A DNA stretch of 64,000 nucleotides, from positions 21,115 through 85,114 of the forward strand of contig CAVVDC010000008.1 in assembly GCA_963746855.1 (NCBI GenBank), read 5' to 3'. Below the pieces are notes generated by a model that searched no databases, was not told the DNA's origin, and saw only the letters and a list, made by a program, of their open reading frames with translations. A program made the position numbers and the translations under genes. Origin of the DNA: an uncultured Chloroflexia bacterium (GTDB taxonomy: Bacteria > Chloroflexota > Limnocylindria > Limnocylindrales > CSP1-4). Below are positions 54,386 to 63,854 of this stretch, piece by piece (the stretch's first letter is position 1; every line of letters begins with the position of its first letter).

Positions 54386-54764
54386 ATTAGGCCGCTCGCC
54401 TTGCACGAGATGCATCTCCGGTCGCCAGAGCCTGCTTGTGGTGCCGGAGATGTGCTCATGACTTGCACATGACGCAAGCGACGGGACGTGCATCTGATGC
54501 AAGCCTCGGTCGAGATCTTGCGCTCAGGGCAAGTACTGGTCGCGTCGCATGCGTTACGGGCCGATTCGGGCCCGACTCCGCGCTTCTCGAGGCCGATCCT
54601 TGCGCCCGCCGCAAGAGTGGGCGCCCAGAACGTCGTCTGGATCGACAAAGGGACCCGCGGCGCCCCACGCACGACCCCAACGGCTGGCAGTAGCAGCTGT
54701 TACTTGCCCCCAGCACAAGGCCCCCCAGAGCGAACTCGCGCCCGCGCCCCCGCGGGCAACCCCC

Positions 54765-56640
54765 TCAGTCCTCGGCCAGCACGACGATGCGGTCGGCGGC
54801 CGCGAACGTCGTTGTCGCGGCCTTGGACGGGTTGACCGACACGCCGTACGCGGCCGACGCGTCCTCGGCGGTCGCCGCGATCCGGTAGCCGAAGGCGATC
54901 TCGCCTCGTCGCCGGGCCGCCTCGATGACCGCGGCGAACGGCACCGCCTCGCCCAGCGCGACGTAGTCCCCGGCGGGCTTCAGGTAGATCTCGGAGCCCT
55001 CGGGGTCGAGGAGGTCCTTGAAGACGGCGTTGAGGTGCTTCGATTCGGCGACCTGGGCGATCATCAGGCTGATCAGCCGGTCGCTGACGATGAAGTCATC
55101 GGCCCGCGCGACCTCGGCGAGCGCCCGATCGCGCAGGTCCAGCATCTCGCTGACGATCGAGAAGTCCCGGTCGAGCCTGGCCGCGATGTCGCGCAGGTGG
55201 AGCAGCGTGATGAGCGTCCGCGCGTCGGCGCGCGACGGATCGAGCGAGTCGTAGCAGAGCACGATGATGTGGTCGAAGGTCTCGACGCCGAGTCGGTCGA
55301 GCGTCCCGCGATCGGTGGCGTCGCCGCGCTGGAACGCCAGTCGCTGGGCGGTCAGGCGCGGTTCCAGCCGCTCGACATCGGCCTCGATCCCGGCTCCCGA
55401 TGCGAGGACGATCGTCTCCGACCCGTCGGCGACGTACGCGTCGAGCTCGTGGATGATCGACGGCGCCCGCCGGTTCCAGCCGAGCACCAGCGTCCGCTCG
55501 GCGGCGGGCGTCCGCGTCGGGGCCTGTCGGAGCCACGCCTCATCGACCGGGGCTTCCTCGCCCAGGTTGATCCGGTCGTCGTCCGCGGCGATGACGATGA
55601 GCCGGTCACCCTCGGCGATGACCGTGTCCGAGCGCGGATTGAGGTGCGGCGTCCCACCGGCCGGGAGCAGGCCGATCACCGACGCATCGGCGAAGTGCCG
55701 CCAAGGTGTCCCCGAAGGCCCGGCCGGTCAGTGACGGCTGCTCGGTCAGGTAGATCTCGTCGCCGGCGAAGTCGAGCAGCTCCGAGTAGACCACCGACAG
55801 GCCGGACTGTCGGCACGTCTGGGCGGTGATCCGGGCGATGACCTCCTCCGAGAGGATGAGCTCGACCTCGTCGCGACCGACCATCCGGGCGATCTCGAGG
55901 TTCGTCCGGTCGCGGATCTCGGCGACCACGTGGTACGGCTCGGGCCGACGCTCCGGGTCGTTCGTGATCGCGAGGATGGTCTTGATGACGTCGGCGTCGG
56001 GCTCGTCCCCCTCGGGCGCCAGGACGACGATCGATCGAGCGGTCGCTGGGCTCACGATGCGCAGGTCGTCGATGTCCATCGGGCTGCCCGAGCGGCACAC
56101 GAGCTTGGTCCGGCCGGTGGATCCGACCCGGGCATGGATCTCGTCCTCCATCTCGACCTTGTCCCGGTCGGCGAGGACGACGATCGAGCGGCGGGGCTGG
56201 TTCGAGTTGGCCTCGACGATCTCCGAGATGACGGTGTGGATCTGCTGCGACCAGCCAAGGATGACGGTGTGCTCGCTCTCGACGACGGTCGAGCGGCCCT
56301 TGCGCAGCTCGGCGAGCCGATCCTGCAACCCGTTGTTCATGATGCCGATGAGCGTGCTGATGATGAAGATCCCGCCCAGGGTGATGACGAACATCGCGAG
56401 CAGGTAGCCGGCGGTGCCTTCGTCGCCGCCCATCGTGCCCGGGTCGAGCGTTCGCAGGAGGCCGAACCGCAGGAGCGTCGGGAAGTCGAGATCGTCGCTC
56501 GCCATCCCCGTCAGCCAGACGATCAGGGCGACCGCGACGATGAGCAGCGCGGAGATGACGAACAGCCCGACGATGAGGGCGATCGTGCCCCGGCCCATGA
56601 ACTCGTCGAAGCGATAGCGCAGGCGGCTCCGCCAGTCCAC
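54765..56640 (-). pseudogene. CASTOR/POLLUX-like ion channel with RCK domains, +1 frameshift
   Basis: RLRYRFD, pore-like TLDPG, LRKGRS.VVE..H.VILGW, GLSVVY.ELLDF.GDEIY; second frame gives LGWN, DARTL.TLLHLR, DDFIVS, EGSEIYLKP; switch at about 55695. Confidence 0.85.
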
Positions 56641-56646
56641 GGCAGG

Positions 56647-59511
56647 CTAGCCCTCCGGGGCGACGAGTTCGCCGGGGTCGGCGAACGCCGTCCCGCCGCG
56701 CGACGCGCCGGCCGCCGACATCGCCTCGCGATAGACGCCGATGGCGTCGTCGACGCAGCACACGACGAGATCGCCCGGGATCGCCCGTCGGAGCGCGGCG
56801 CGAACGGCGGTCATCTCGTCGAGCACCTTCTCGGCGCGGATCGCTCGACCGTTGCCGGCCGCCTTGGTCGAGCGGACGCCCTCGATGACGTTGGTGGCGG
56901 TTTCGCCTGGCTCGCGCCCCCGCAGGTTCTTGTCCTCGCGGACGATGACCTCGTCGAACGCGGTCGCGGCGATCGCGCCGTAGGCCCGCTGGTCCTCGTC
57001 GCGGCGATCGCCCGGGATGCCCAGCACGCCGATGGCCCGCCCGGACCGGGTGCCCGCCTTCGCCGTCCCGAGCCGCCCGGCCTTGGTGACCGGCTCGGTC
57101 ATCATCCGCTCGACGAAGTCGGCGAGCTGGCGCATGCCGTCGACGTTGTGGCAGTAGTCGATGACCACCCGGACGCCCCCGACGTCGAGCAGGTTGAGCC
57201 GACCCGGCGCCTGGAAGAACGACGTCGTGAACGTGCGCAGGCCCTGGCGGATGTCGTGCAGGTGCGCGCCGGCCGACCACGCCGCGGCCGCCGCCGCCAG
57301 GGCGTTCGCGACGTTCATCCGAGCCCGGCCGCCGAAGGTCGCCGGGATGAGGTGCGTGTACAGCACGGGCATCGTGCGCGGCCCGAGCTTGAGGACGATC
57401 AGCTCACCTTCGGCCGAGGCCTCCAGGCAGAACGCCGCCCCGCCGCGCCCGGTGTGGCCGTCGACCCGGTCGAAGCCGTCCTCGCCCTTCGTCATCGACA
57501 TGCTGAAAAGCACGACGCGACCCGCGCAGTGCCGGCCCATCCGGTACACGTGGGAGTCGTCGGCGTTGAGCACGGCCGTGCCCGAGCGCGGGACCGCCTC
57601 CACCACGACGCCCTTGACGTTCGCGAGCTGGCCGATCGTCGTGATCCCGCCCAGCCCGAGGTGGTCGCCCGCGACGTTGGTCACGACGGCCACGTCGTTG
57701 CGGTCGTAGCCGAGACCCTCGCGCAGGATGCCGCCGCGCGCGACTTCGAAGACCGCGGTGTCCACGGTCGGGTTCTGGAGGACGGTCTGGGCCGACTTCG
57801 GCCCCGACATGTCGCCCTTCTTGATGAGCCGGTTGTCGACGACGATGCCGTCGGTCGAGGTCATCCCGACCCGCCGGCCCATCAGCTTGAGGATGTGGGC
57901 GATCATCCGGACGGTCGTCGTCTTCCCGTTCGTGCCGGTCACCGCGATGATCGGGATGCGCGCCGCCGTGCCGGACGGGAACAGCGAATTGATGACCGGC
58001 CGGGCGACGTACTGCGGCTCGCCCTCGGTCGGGTGGGTGTGCATCCGGAACCCGGGCGCCGCGTTGACCTCGACGATGGCGCCGCCGGTCTCGCGCACGG
58101 GCGTCGCGATGTCGGGACAGATGAAGTCGATGCCGGCCACGTCCAGACCCACGATCCGGGCGGCCGTCTCCGCGATCTCGACGTTGTCGGGGTGGGCCTC
58201 GATGGTCCGGTCGATCGACGTGCCGCCGGTCGACATGTTGCCGGTCAGCGCGAGCTTGATCCAGGTGCCGGCGGGCGGCACGGCATCGAGTTCGAAGCCC
58301 TGCGCCCGGACGAGCGCCTCGGCCGCGTCGTCGATCTTGATCCGGGTCAGGACCTTCTCGTGGCCGATGCCGCGCCGGGGGTCCTGGTTGGCGACGTCCA
58401 CCAGCTGGCGGACGGTTCGTTCGCCGTCGCCCGTCACCGAGGCCGGGACCCGCTCCGCGATGGCGGCCATCTTGCCGCCGATGACGAGGCACCGGTAGTC
58501 GTTGCCGGCCACGTAGGTCTCGACGACCAGGTCACCCGAGCGGCTCTCCCCGAGCGCGCCCTTGAAGGCGGCCCGCACGGCCTCTTCCGAGCGGAGGTCC
58601 AGGTGGACCCCGCGGCCGTGGTTGCCGTCAAGCGGCTTGACCACGCACGGGAAGCCGAGGCGCTTGGCCGCGGTGACCGTGTCCTCCTCGGTCTGCACGA
58701 CCTCGGAGCGCGGTACCGGCAGGCCGGCCGAATTGAGCAGCCGGTTGGTCAGGCTCTTGTCCGACGCGATGTCGACGCCGATCGCCGAGGTCTGCGAGGT
58801 CATCGTCGCCCGGATGCGCTGCTGATGGACGCCATGGCCGAACTGGACGAGGGAGTGGCGGTCAAGGCGGATGAACGGGATGTCGCGGCTCACGGCCTCA
58901 TCGATGAGGGCCTGCGTCGAGGGCCCGAACGCCTGGCGCTCGGCGAGGCGGATGAGCCGCTCGAGCTCGGGCGCGAAGTCGAAGAACACGTCCGGGTCGT
59001 CGGGGGCGACCAGGTGGTTGACGAGGGCGACGGCCATCTTGCCGGCCTCGAGCCCGACCTGCTCCTCGCGGTACTCGAAGATGCAGTTGTACTGGCCGGG
59101 CGCGCCGGCGGCCCGGGTCTTGCCGTGGCGGACGTCGGTGCCGGCGAGGTTCTGGAACTCGAGCGCGATGTGCTCGGCGATATGCCCGACCCACGTCCCG
59201 TCGCGCAGGCGGGTGATGAAGCCGCCCCGTCGTCCGAGCGAGCAGGCGTGGTCCTCGAGCGTCGGGAGCAGCGCCACGAGCGCGTCGGTGAAGTTCGGGA
59301 GCTTGTTCGAGGGGTACTGCTCCAGCACGCCGAGGTCGACGAGCATCCGGATGACCGGCTCGCGCGCCCAGTAGTTCGGACCGCGCAGGACGCGCGTCTC
59401 GAGGATCCGCAGGGTCGGCGCCGGACCGATCGCGATGGCCCCCGCGGCTCCGGCCTTGGCCGCGCGAGAGCCGCCGCGCTTGGGGCGGGACGCGGGTGCG
59501 GTCTGGGCCAC
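56647..59511 (-). CDS. cphA: Cyanophycin synthetase CphA1
   Basis: N domain with Cx19HxxEH; ATP-grasp (VKPLDGNHGRG, NMSTGG, EVNAAPG); Mur module (GTNGKTT, EVARGG, DHLG, DYCHN, GDRRD). Confidence 0.96.
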   Translation of the reverse strand: MAQTAPASRPKRGGSRAAKAGAAGAIAIGPAPTLRILETRVLRGPNYWAREPVIRMLVDLGVLEQYPSNKLPNFTDALVALLPTLEDHACSLGRRGGFITRLRDGTWVGHIAEHIALEFQNLAGTDVRHGKTRAAGAPGQYNCIFEYREEQVGLEAGKMAVALVNHLVAPDDPDVFFDFAPELERLIRLAERQAFGPSTQALIDEAVSRDIPFIRLDRHSLVQFGHGVHQQRIRATMTSQTSAIGVDIASDKSLTNRLLNSAGLPVPRSEVVQTEEDTVTAAKRLGFPCVVKPLDGNHGRGVHLDLRSEEAVRAAFKGALGESRSGDLVVETYVAGNDYRCLVIGGKMAAIAERVPASVTGDGERTVRQLVDVANQDPRRGIGHEKVLTRIKIDDAAEALVRAQGFELDAVPPAGTWIKLALTGNMSTGGTSIDRTIEAHPDNVEIAETAARIVGLDVAGIDFICPDIATPVRETGGAIVEVNAAPGFRMHTHPTEGEPQYVARPVINSLFPSGTAARIPIIAVTGTNGKTTTVRMIAHILKLMGRRVGMTSTDGIVVDNRLIKKGDMSGPKSAQTVLQNPTVDTAVFEVARGGILREGLGYDRNDVAVVTNVAGDHLGLGGITTIGQLANVKGVVVEAVPRSGTAVLNADDSHVYRMGRHCAGRVVLFSMSMTKGEDGFDRVDGHTGRGGAAFCLEASAEGELIVLKLGPRTMPVLYTHLIPATFGGRARMNVANALAAAAAAWSAGAHLHDIRQGLRTFTTSFFQAPGRLNLLDVGGVRVVIDYCHNVDGMRQLADFVERMMTEPVTKAGRLGTAKAGTRSGRAIGVLGIPGDRRDEDQRAYGAIAATAFDEVIVREDKNLRGREPGETATNVIEGVRSTKAAGNGRAIRAEKVLDEMTAVRAALRRAIPGDLVVCCVDDAIGVYREAMSAAGASRGGTAFADPGELVAPEG

Positions 59512-59566
59512 GGGACTCCTCCTCGGTCGGCGGCGTTGGGCGACGGCGCCGGGCCGCCGGGCAGGA

Positions 59567-60403
59567 CTAGCTGGATGCGGCCTCGCCGCCCGGCAGGGCG
59601 TGCAGGGTCGGCGAGGTCAGTCGTTCGCGATGGCGCAGGTCGAACCGGTAGCCGGACGGCAAGGAGTGCAGGACGACACCGCTGATCATCAACGGCCGGT
59701 GACCGCGAACCTCCCAGGCGTCGGTCTCGGACTGCGACCCGTCGACGACCGTGATCGAGCCGCGGCCGATGACCTCGAGGATGCCGTCGGGCCCGACGAC
59801 CCCCGCCGTGTCCTCGTCGACCCCGAGACCCAGCAGCGACGGGTTCTGGGCGATGAGGCTGAGCAAGCGACCGAGCCGGTTCCGCTGCTGGAAGTGCTGG
59901 TCGATGATGACGCCGGGCAGGACCCCGAGGCCGGCGGAGATCTGGGCCATGCGGTGCTTGGGCGTGGCCCCGGACGCCCCGAACGCGATCATGTGGCTCG
60001 ACATCGCCGACGCGCCGGCCGACGTCCCGGCGACGACCGCGCCGTGCCGGAACCGCTCCAGGATCGCATCGGCCAGCCGCGTGCCGCCGATCGTCGAGGA
60101 CAGGCGCAGTTGGTTGCCGCCGGTCAGGAAGATGCCGGTCGCGTCGCGGACCGCAAGGGTGGCCTTCTCGTCGTTGGCCTGGGGGCGGGTGACCGCGTGG
60201 AGCGGGATGACCCGCGTGACGCCCAGTTCGCCGAAGACCTGCTTGTACCGCTCACCGGCCTCGAGCCCGAGCGACGACGCCGTCGAGATCACGGCGATGG
60301 TCGCGTCCACCCCGCCGGCGAGCGCGACGAAGCGACTGAGGATGACCCGATCACGGACCTTGTCCTCGGCGCCGCCGATGATGATGACGGTTCCCTCGGT
60401 CAC
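59567..60403 (-). CDS. cphB: Cyanophycinase
   Basis: IIGGAEDK, TGGNQ, GTSAGA (Ser nucleophile), DQHFQQRNRLGRL, GVDEDT. Confidence 0.95.
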   Translation of the reverse strand: MTEGTVIIIGGAEDKVRDRVILSRFVALAGGVDATIAVISTASSLGLEAGERYKQVFGELGVTRVIPLHAVTRPQANDEKATLAVRDATGIFLTGGNQLRLSSTIGGTRLADAILERFRHGAVVAGTSAGASAMSSHMIAFGASGATPKHRMAQISAGLGVLPGVIIDQHFQQRNRLGRLLSLIAQNPSLLGLGVDEDTAGVVGPDGILEVIGRGSITVVDGSQSETDAWEVRGHRPLMISGVVLHSLPSGYRFDLRHRERLTSPTLHALPGGEAASS

Positions 60404-60512
60404 GAGCCTCACGTACTCCGGGGTTGGATGGCGGTGAGGATACCGCCTCGCAGCGGGCCACCGCCCGGAGGAGAGACGGGACCGCGCCGCGGGGTGCGAG
60501 AATCGCCCCATC

Positions 60513-61454
60513 ATGGCCGACCCGAACGAGCCGCCCGTCCTGCGACCGATCCCCGGATCGGCACGCGGCCGGGGTCGGATCGTCGTCGATCTCACGGAGA
60601 TGATCGATCGTCCGACCCGGCGCCGGGCCGGGGTCTTCCGACGGGCGCTCCGACGCGAGGCCTCGCGCCTGCGCGACCCGCGCCGGATCGCGGCCATCCT
60701 GCTCCTGAGTCTCGTCTTCGCGCTCTTGATCTCGGGCTTGCTGGCCCGCGGCGAATTGGCCGGCGCGGACGCCCGGGCGTATTGGGCCGGCGTCCGGATC
60801 TGGCTCAACGGCGGTGATGCGTACCACCCGACCGGGCCATTCCTGCCCTACGTCTACGCCCCCTGGATGCTGCCGATCTTCGCGCCGTGGGCCGTGCTGC
60901 CATGGGACGTGGCCTGGTTCATCTGGCGGGGCGGCACGATCCTGCTCCTGCTATGGACGATCCACTGGGCCTACCGCCGGCGGCCCCTGACGACGGCGGT
61001 CATCTTCGCGGTCCTCGCGTTCCCGATGGGGGCCAACCTCGACACCGGCAACATCAACCTGCAACTGACCCTGATGCTGTGGGCGGCCCAGTTCACCGGC
61101 CCGCGGCTCGGTGGCCTGCTGTGGGCGCTCGCGACCTGGATGAAGTGGGTCCCGGCCATCCACTGGTTCATCCTCGCGCCGCGGACGCGTCTCTGGGGAC
61201 TCGGCTGGCTGGCCGTTTCGATCGCGCTGAGCATCGTCACGCTGCCGCTCACCATCGTCCAGCTCCAGGTCCTGTTCGGGTTCGGGGCTCGCCCGATGCG
61301 GCTTGACTACCTGGTCTTCCTCTGGGCCTTCGTGCCGTGGCTCTATCGCCGGCCGGACCCGTTCGACTTCCTTCGGCCCGCGACATGGCGGCGCTGGCTG
61401 GAGCGGGCCGCGCCAAGGATCCGCGCCAGGGTCAGCCGGCCGCTCCCGGGCTGA
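60513..61454 (+). CDS. GT-C glycosyltransferase family 87-like membrane protein
   Basis: DARAYW, YVYAP, GNI, KWVP motifs; multiple TM helices. Confidence 0.75.
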   Translation: MADPNEPPVLRPIPGSARGRGRIVVDLTEMIDRPTRRRAGVFRRALRREASRLRDPRRIAAILLLSLVFALLISGLLARGELAGADARAYWAGVRIWLNGGDAYHPTGPFLPYVYAPWMLPIFAPWAVLPWDVAWFIWRGGTILLLLWTIHWAYRRRPLTTAVIFAVLAFPMGANLDTGNINLQLTLMLWAAQFTGPRLGGLLWALATWMKWVPAIHWFILAPRTRLWGLGWLAVSIALSIVTLPLTIVQLQVLFGFGARPMRLDYLVFLWAFVPWLYRRPDPFDFLRPATWRRWLERAAPRIRARVSRPLPG

Positions 61455-62784
61455 CGGCGATCGCCGGATCGGGCGCGACCGGATCTTCGCGCCGACGCTC
61501 GGACACCGGTCGGAGCAGGAGCGCCCCGATGGCGAACCAGACCGGCGCCAACAGGAACGCCAGGCGAGGCCCGGTCTCCGGGGTCCCCGACGCCGCCAGC
61601 CGGTCGATGATGATGCCCCCGATGAAGGCCGCCATGACCCCGTTGGTCGCGGTCGCGACGTTCGAGATGCCCATGTACCGGCCCGAGGACGCCTTCGGGA
61701 TGATGTCGGTCATGAGCGCCCAGTCGACTGACAGGAACGTGCCCGCACCGACGCCCACGATGATCGCCCCCGGCAGGAACGTGATCGGCGTGGGCGCCAA
61801 CGCGCAGATCACCATTCCGACGGCACCCATGGCGCAGGCGGCATAGATCACGCGCTTGCGTCCGACGCGATCCGAGAGGCGAGCCGCCGGGATCGTCGAC
61901 ACGGCCGTGAACAGCGCGACAAGCAGTGTCGCGATGTTGATCCAGAGCGCACGTTCGCCGGGATCGGTCATCCCCTGCGCCCGCTCGAGGTACGGCACCG
62001 CGAGGTTGAACAGGAACGCGGTTCCGCCGAGCACGAAGAAACGCGAGGCCACCAGGAAGATGAAGCTGCGCTCGCGCAGGATGTCCGTGCCCCACGCCTC
62101 CGTGGCGACCGACCACCAACTCCGCGATCCCCGGTCCTTCGCCCGGCGACCCTCGTCGAGCCGGAAGAACAGCGAGAGCATCGTCACCAGCTCGATGACC
62201 CCGAGCATGATCGTCGGGAGCGTGAAGTCGCCCAGGACCAATCCGATCGTCGCGACCAGGACGCCGGTCACGACCCCCAGGACCTGGAACAGGCCGACCA
62301 GGGCGCTGGCCAGGCCGACCTGCGGCGCGGGAACGAGGTCCGGGACATACCCCTGGAACGGCCCCTGGGCCATGTTCGACGAGAACTGCAGCAGGATGAT
62401 GAACGCGGTGACCGCCAGGATCGTGTTCGACGTCGCCAGGCCGATCAGGAAGACGAAGTCGAGGATCGTCCCGACGAGGATGTACGGCTTCCGCCGTCCG
62501 AACCGACTGATCGTGTAGTCACTGATGGTCCCGACCGTCGGCTGGACGAGCACGGCGATGATGACGCCCGCCGCCTGGACGATGCCAAGCGTCGTGTATT
62601 GGACCGCGGGATCCGGCACCAGGACCTTGATCCGTTCCTGGAGGATGACCGTGATGCCGTTGAAGACGGCCACGAGCCCGAGCCAGTAGACGGAGAGCCG
62701 CAGGAGATGGCTGATCGGCAGGATCGCCGTCGGACGCGCATTCGCTGGATCGCCGGGACCGGGCTCGCTTGGGCCGCCTGTCAT
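61432..62784 (-). CDS. MFS transporter (SLC45-like)
   Basis: QPTVGTISD..SRFGRRKPY, PDLVP, SDRVGRK. Confidence 0.9.
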   Translation of the reverse strand: MTGGPSEPGPGDPANARPTAILPISHLLRLSVYWLGLVAVFNGITVILQERIKVLVPDPAVQYTTLGIVQAAGVIIAVLVQPTVGTISDYTISRFGRRKPYILVGTILDFVFLIGLATSNTILAVTAFIILLQFSSNMAQGPFQGYVPDLVPAPQVGLASALVGLFQVLGVVTGVLVATIGLVLGDFTLPTIMLGVIELVTMLSLFFRLDEGRRAKDRGSRSWWSVATEAWGTDILRERSFIFLVASRFFVLGGTAFLFNLAVPYLERAQGMTDPGERALWINIATLLVALFTAVSTIPAARLSDRVGRKRVIYAACAMGAVGMVICALAPTPITFLPGAIIVGVGAGTFLSVDWALMTDIIPKASSGRYMGISNVATATNGVMAAFIGGIIIDRLAASGTPETGPRLAFLLAPVWFAIGALLLRPVSERRREDPVAPDPAIAVSPGAAG

Positions 62785-62826
62785 GGTCCAACCCTCGGCG
62801 TGACGGGGCTGAGGTGCCCGTGCATC

Positions 62827-63543
62827 CTACGTCACGGCGAATGACGCTCCGGTGGGGTCCAACGTTACCGTCGTGTGCAGCGACACCAGCCGCCGGTCCT
62901 TGGCCGCTGGGGCGACGAGGCGGAACAGCGACCGATCGAGCGAGTAGATCCCGGTCGAGACCACGCCGATGTCGCCGAGCCGGAACGAGAAGACCGGGTT
63001 CTCCCCGTTGCCCGCGTAATGGAACGGCGAGCCGTCGCGGCGCAGGACGGCGAGATTGGCCTGGCCACCGAAGCGATCGTGCAACGCGCCGAGCATCTGG
63101 CCGACCGATCCGCCCGGCTGCCAGGCATCCTCCAGCCAGCGGGCCCCGACTTCGGTGTCCGCCCGACCGTGGATCCGGCCCTGGCCGCGGTACGTGGCAC
63201 GGAGCCCGCGGTAGTCGCGCAGGTCGCCGTTGTGGCTGAACGCGTAGCGGCCGGCCGGGTCCTCGAACGGCTGCGTATCCGGCATCGTCAGCGTCGACAG
63301 CCGCGATGGCCGCCGCAGGTGCACGAGCGCGACGGCGGTCTCGGTGGCTCCGACTGCGCCGCGGCCAGGATCATCGCGGAATGCGCGCAGGTCGCGATAC
63401 GAGGCGAGCGACCCGTCCGGCGCCAGCCACGCCGCGCCCCAGCCGAACCCGGCGATGCCGAACCGTTCGAGCCGCTCGGCGAAGGACCAGAGGGCATCGA
63501 GTCGGAACGGCTCCTTCGCCCGGGCGATGAAGTGCTCACACAT
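62827..63543 (-). CDS. Class II glutamine amidotransferase / Ntn hydrolase (EgtC/YafJ-like)
   Basis: N-terminal nucleophile Cys (MC), GWG, HLR, QPF, FSHNG, DTE. Confidence 0.8.
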   Translation of the reverse strand: MCEHFIARAKEPFRLDALWSFAERLERFGIAGFGWGAAWLAPDGSLASYRDLRAFRDDPGRGAVGATETAVALVHLRRPSRLSTLTMPDTQPFEDPAGRYAFSHNGDLRDYRGLRATYRGQGRIHGRADTEVGARWLEDAWQPGGSVGQMLGALHDRFGGQANLAVLRRDGSPFHYAGNGENPVFSFRLGDIGVVSTGIYSLDRSLFRLVAPAAKDRRLVSLHTTVTLDPTGASFAVT

Positions 63544-63572
63544 CGGTCGCGATGCTAGCGCGTGTGGAGGCG

Positions 63573-63854
63573 TCAGCGCCGGATGGTCGACTCGAAATCG
63601 GGGAAGTACCGGCCGATCACCGGCAGGTCGAAGGCCTGCAGGATCGACTCCTTCGGCTCGTGGGCGATCAGGAACCGGAACGACCGCACGACCAGGTCGT
63701 GTGGGTCGCTCGCACCTGGTGCGAGGCGCTCGAGGTCCTCGTCGGCGACCGCCACGCGGTGGCTCGACATCGAGCCGTCCGCGTCGGTCAACGCGACGCC
63801 GCAGGTCCAGCCGCCGGCGTCGGCCCTCGTGCAGCTGACATCGATCTCGGTCAT
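63573..63854 (-). CDS. Hypothetical small protein
   Basis: SFRFLIAHEPKESILQAFDL..I.RYFP; ATGA overlap with upstream gene. Confidence 0.7.
   Translation of the reverse strand: MTEIDVSCTRADAGGWTCGVALTDADGSMSSHRVAVADEDLERLAPGASDPHDLVVRSFRFLIAHEPKESILQAFDLPVIGRYFPDFESTIRR

Noticed and set aside
42960-55710. Programmed ribosomal frameshifting as the explanation for the three split genes
   Set aside because: No shared slippery sequence or stimulatory structure, and the families are normally single ORFs; consensus error is simpler
55930-59685. Very long antisense or alternate-frame ORFs (1251 aa here; also 582-3068, 8460-11315, 23617-26139, 31004-34414, 46000-49185)
   Set aside because: Shadow ORFs of high-GC genes with skewed composition and no motifs. 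Only the 47368-47700 part of the 46000 ORF is real (ggt N-terminus).
60404-60512. ARG boxes linking ArgR to cphBA
   Set aside because: No AT-rich TGAAT-N-ATTCA-like palindrome visible upstream of cphB
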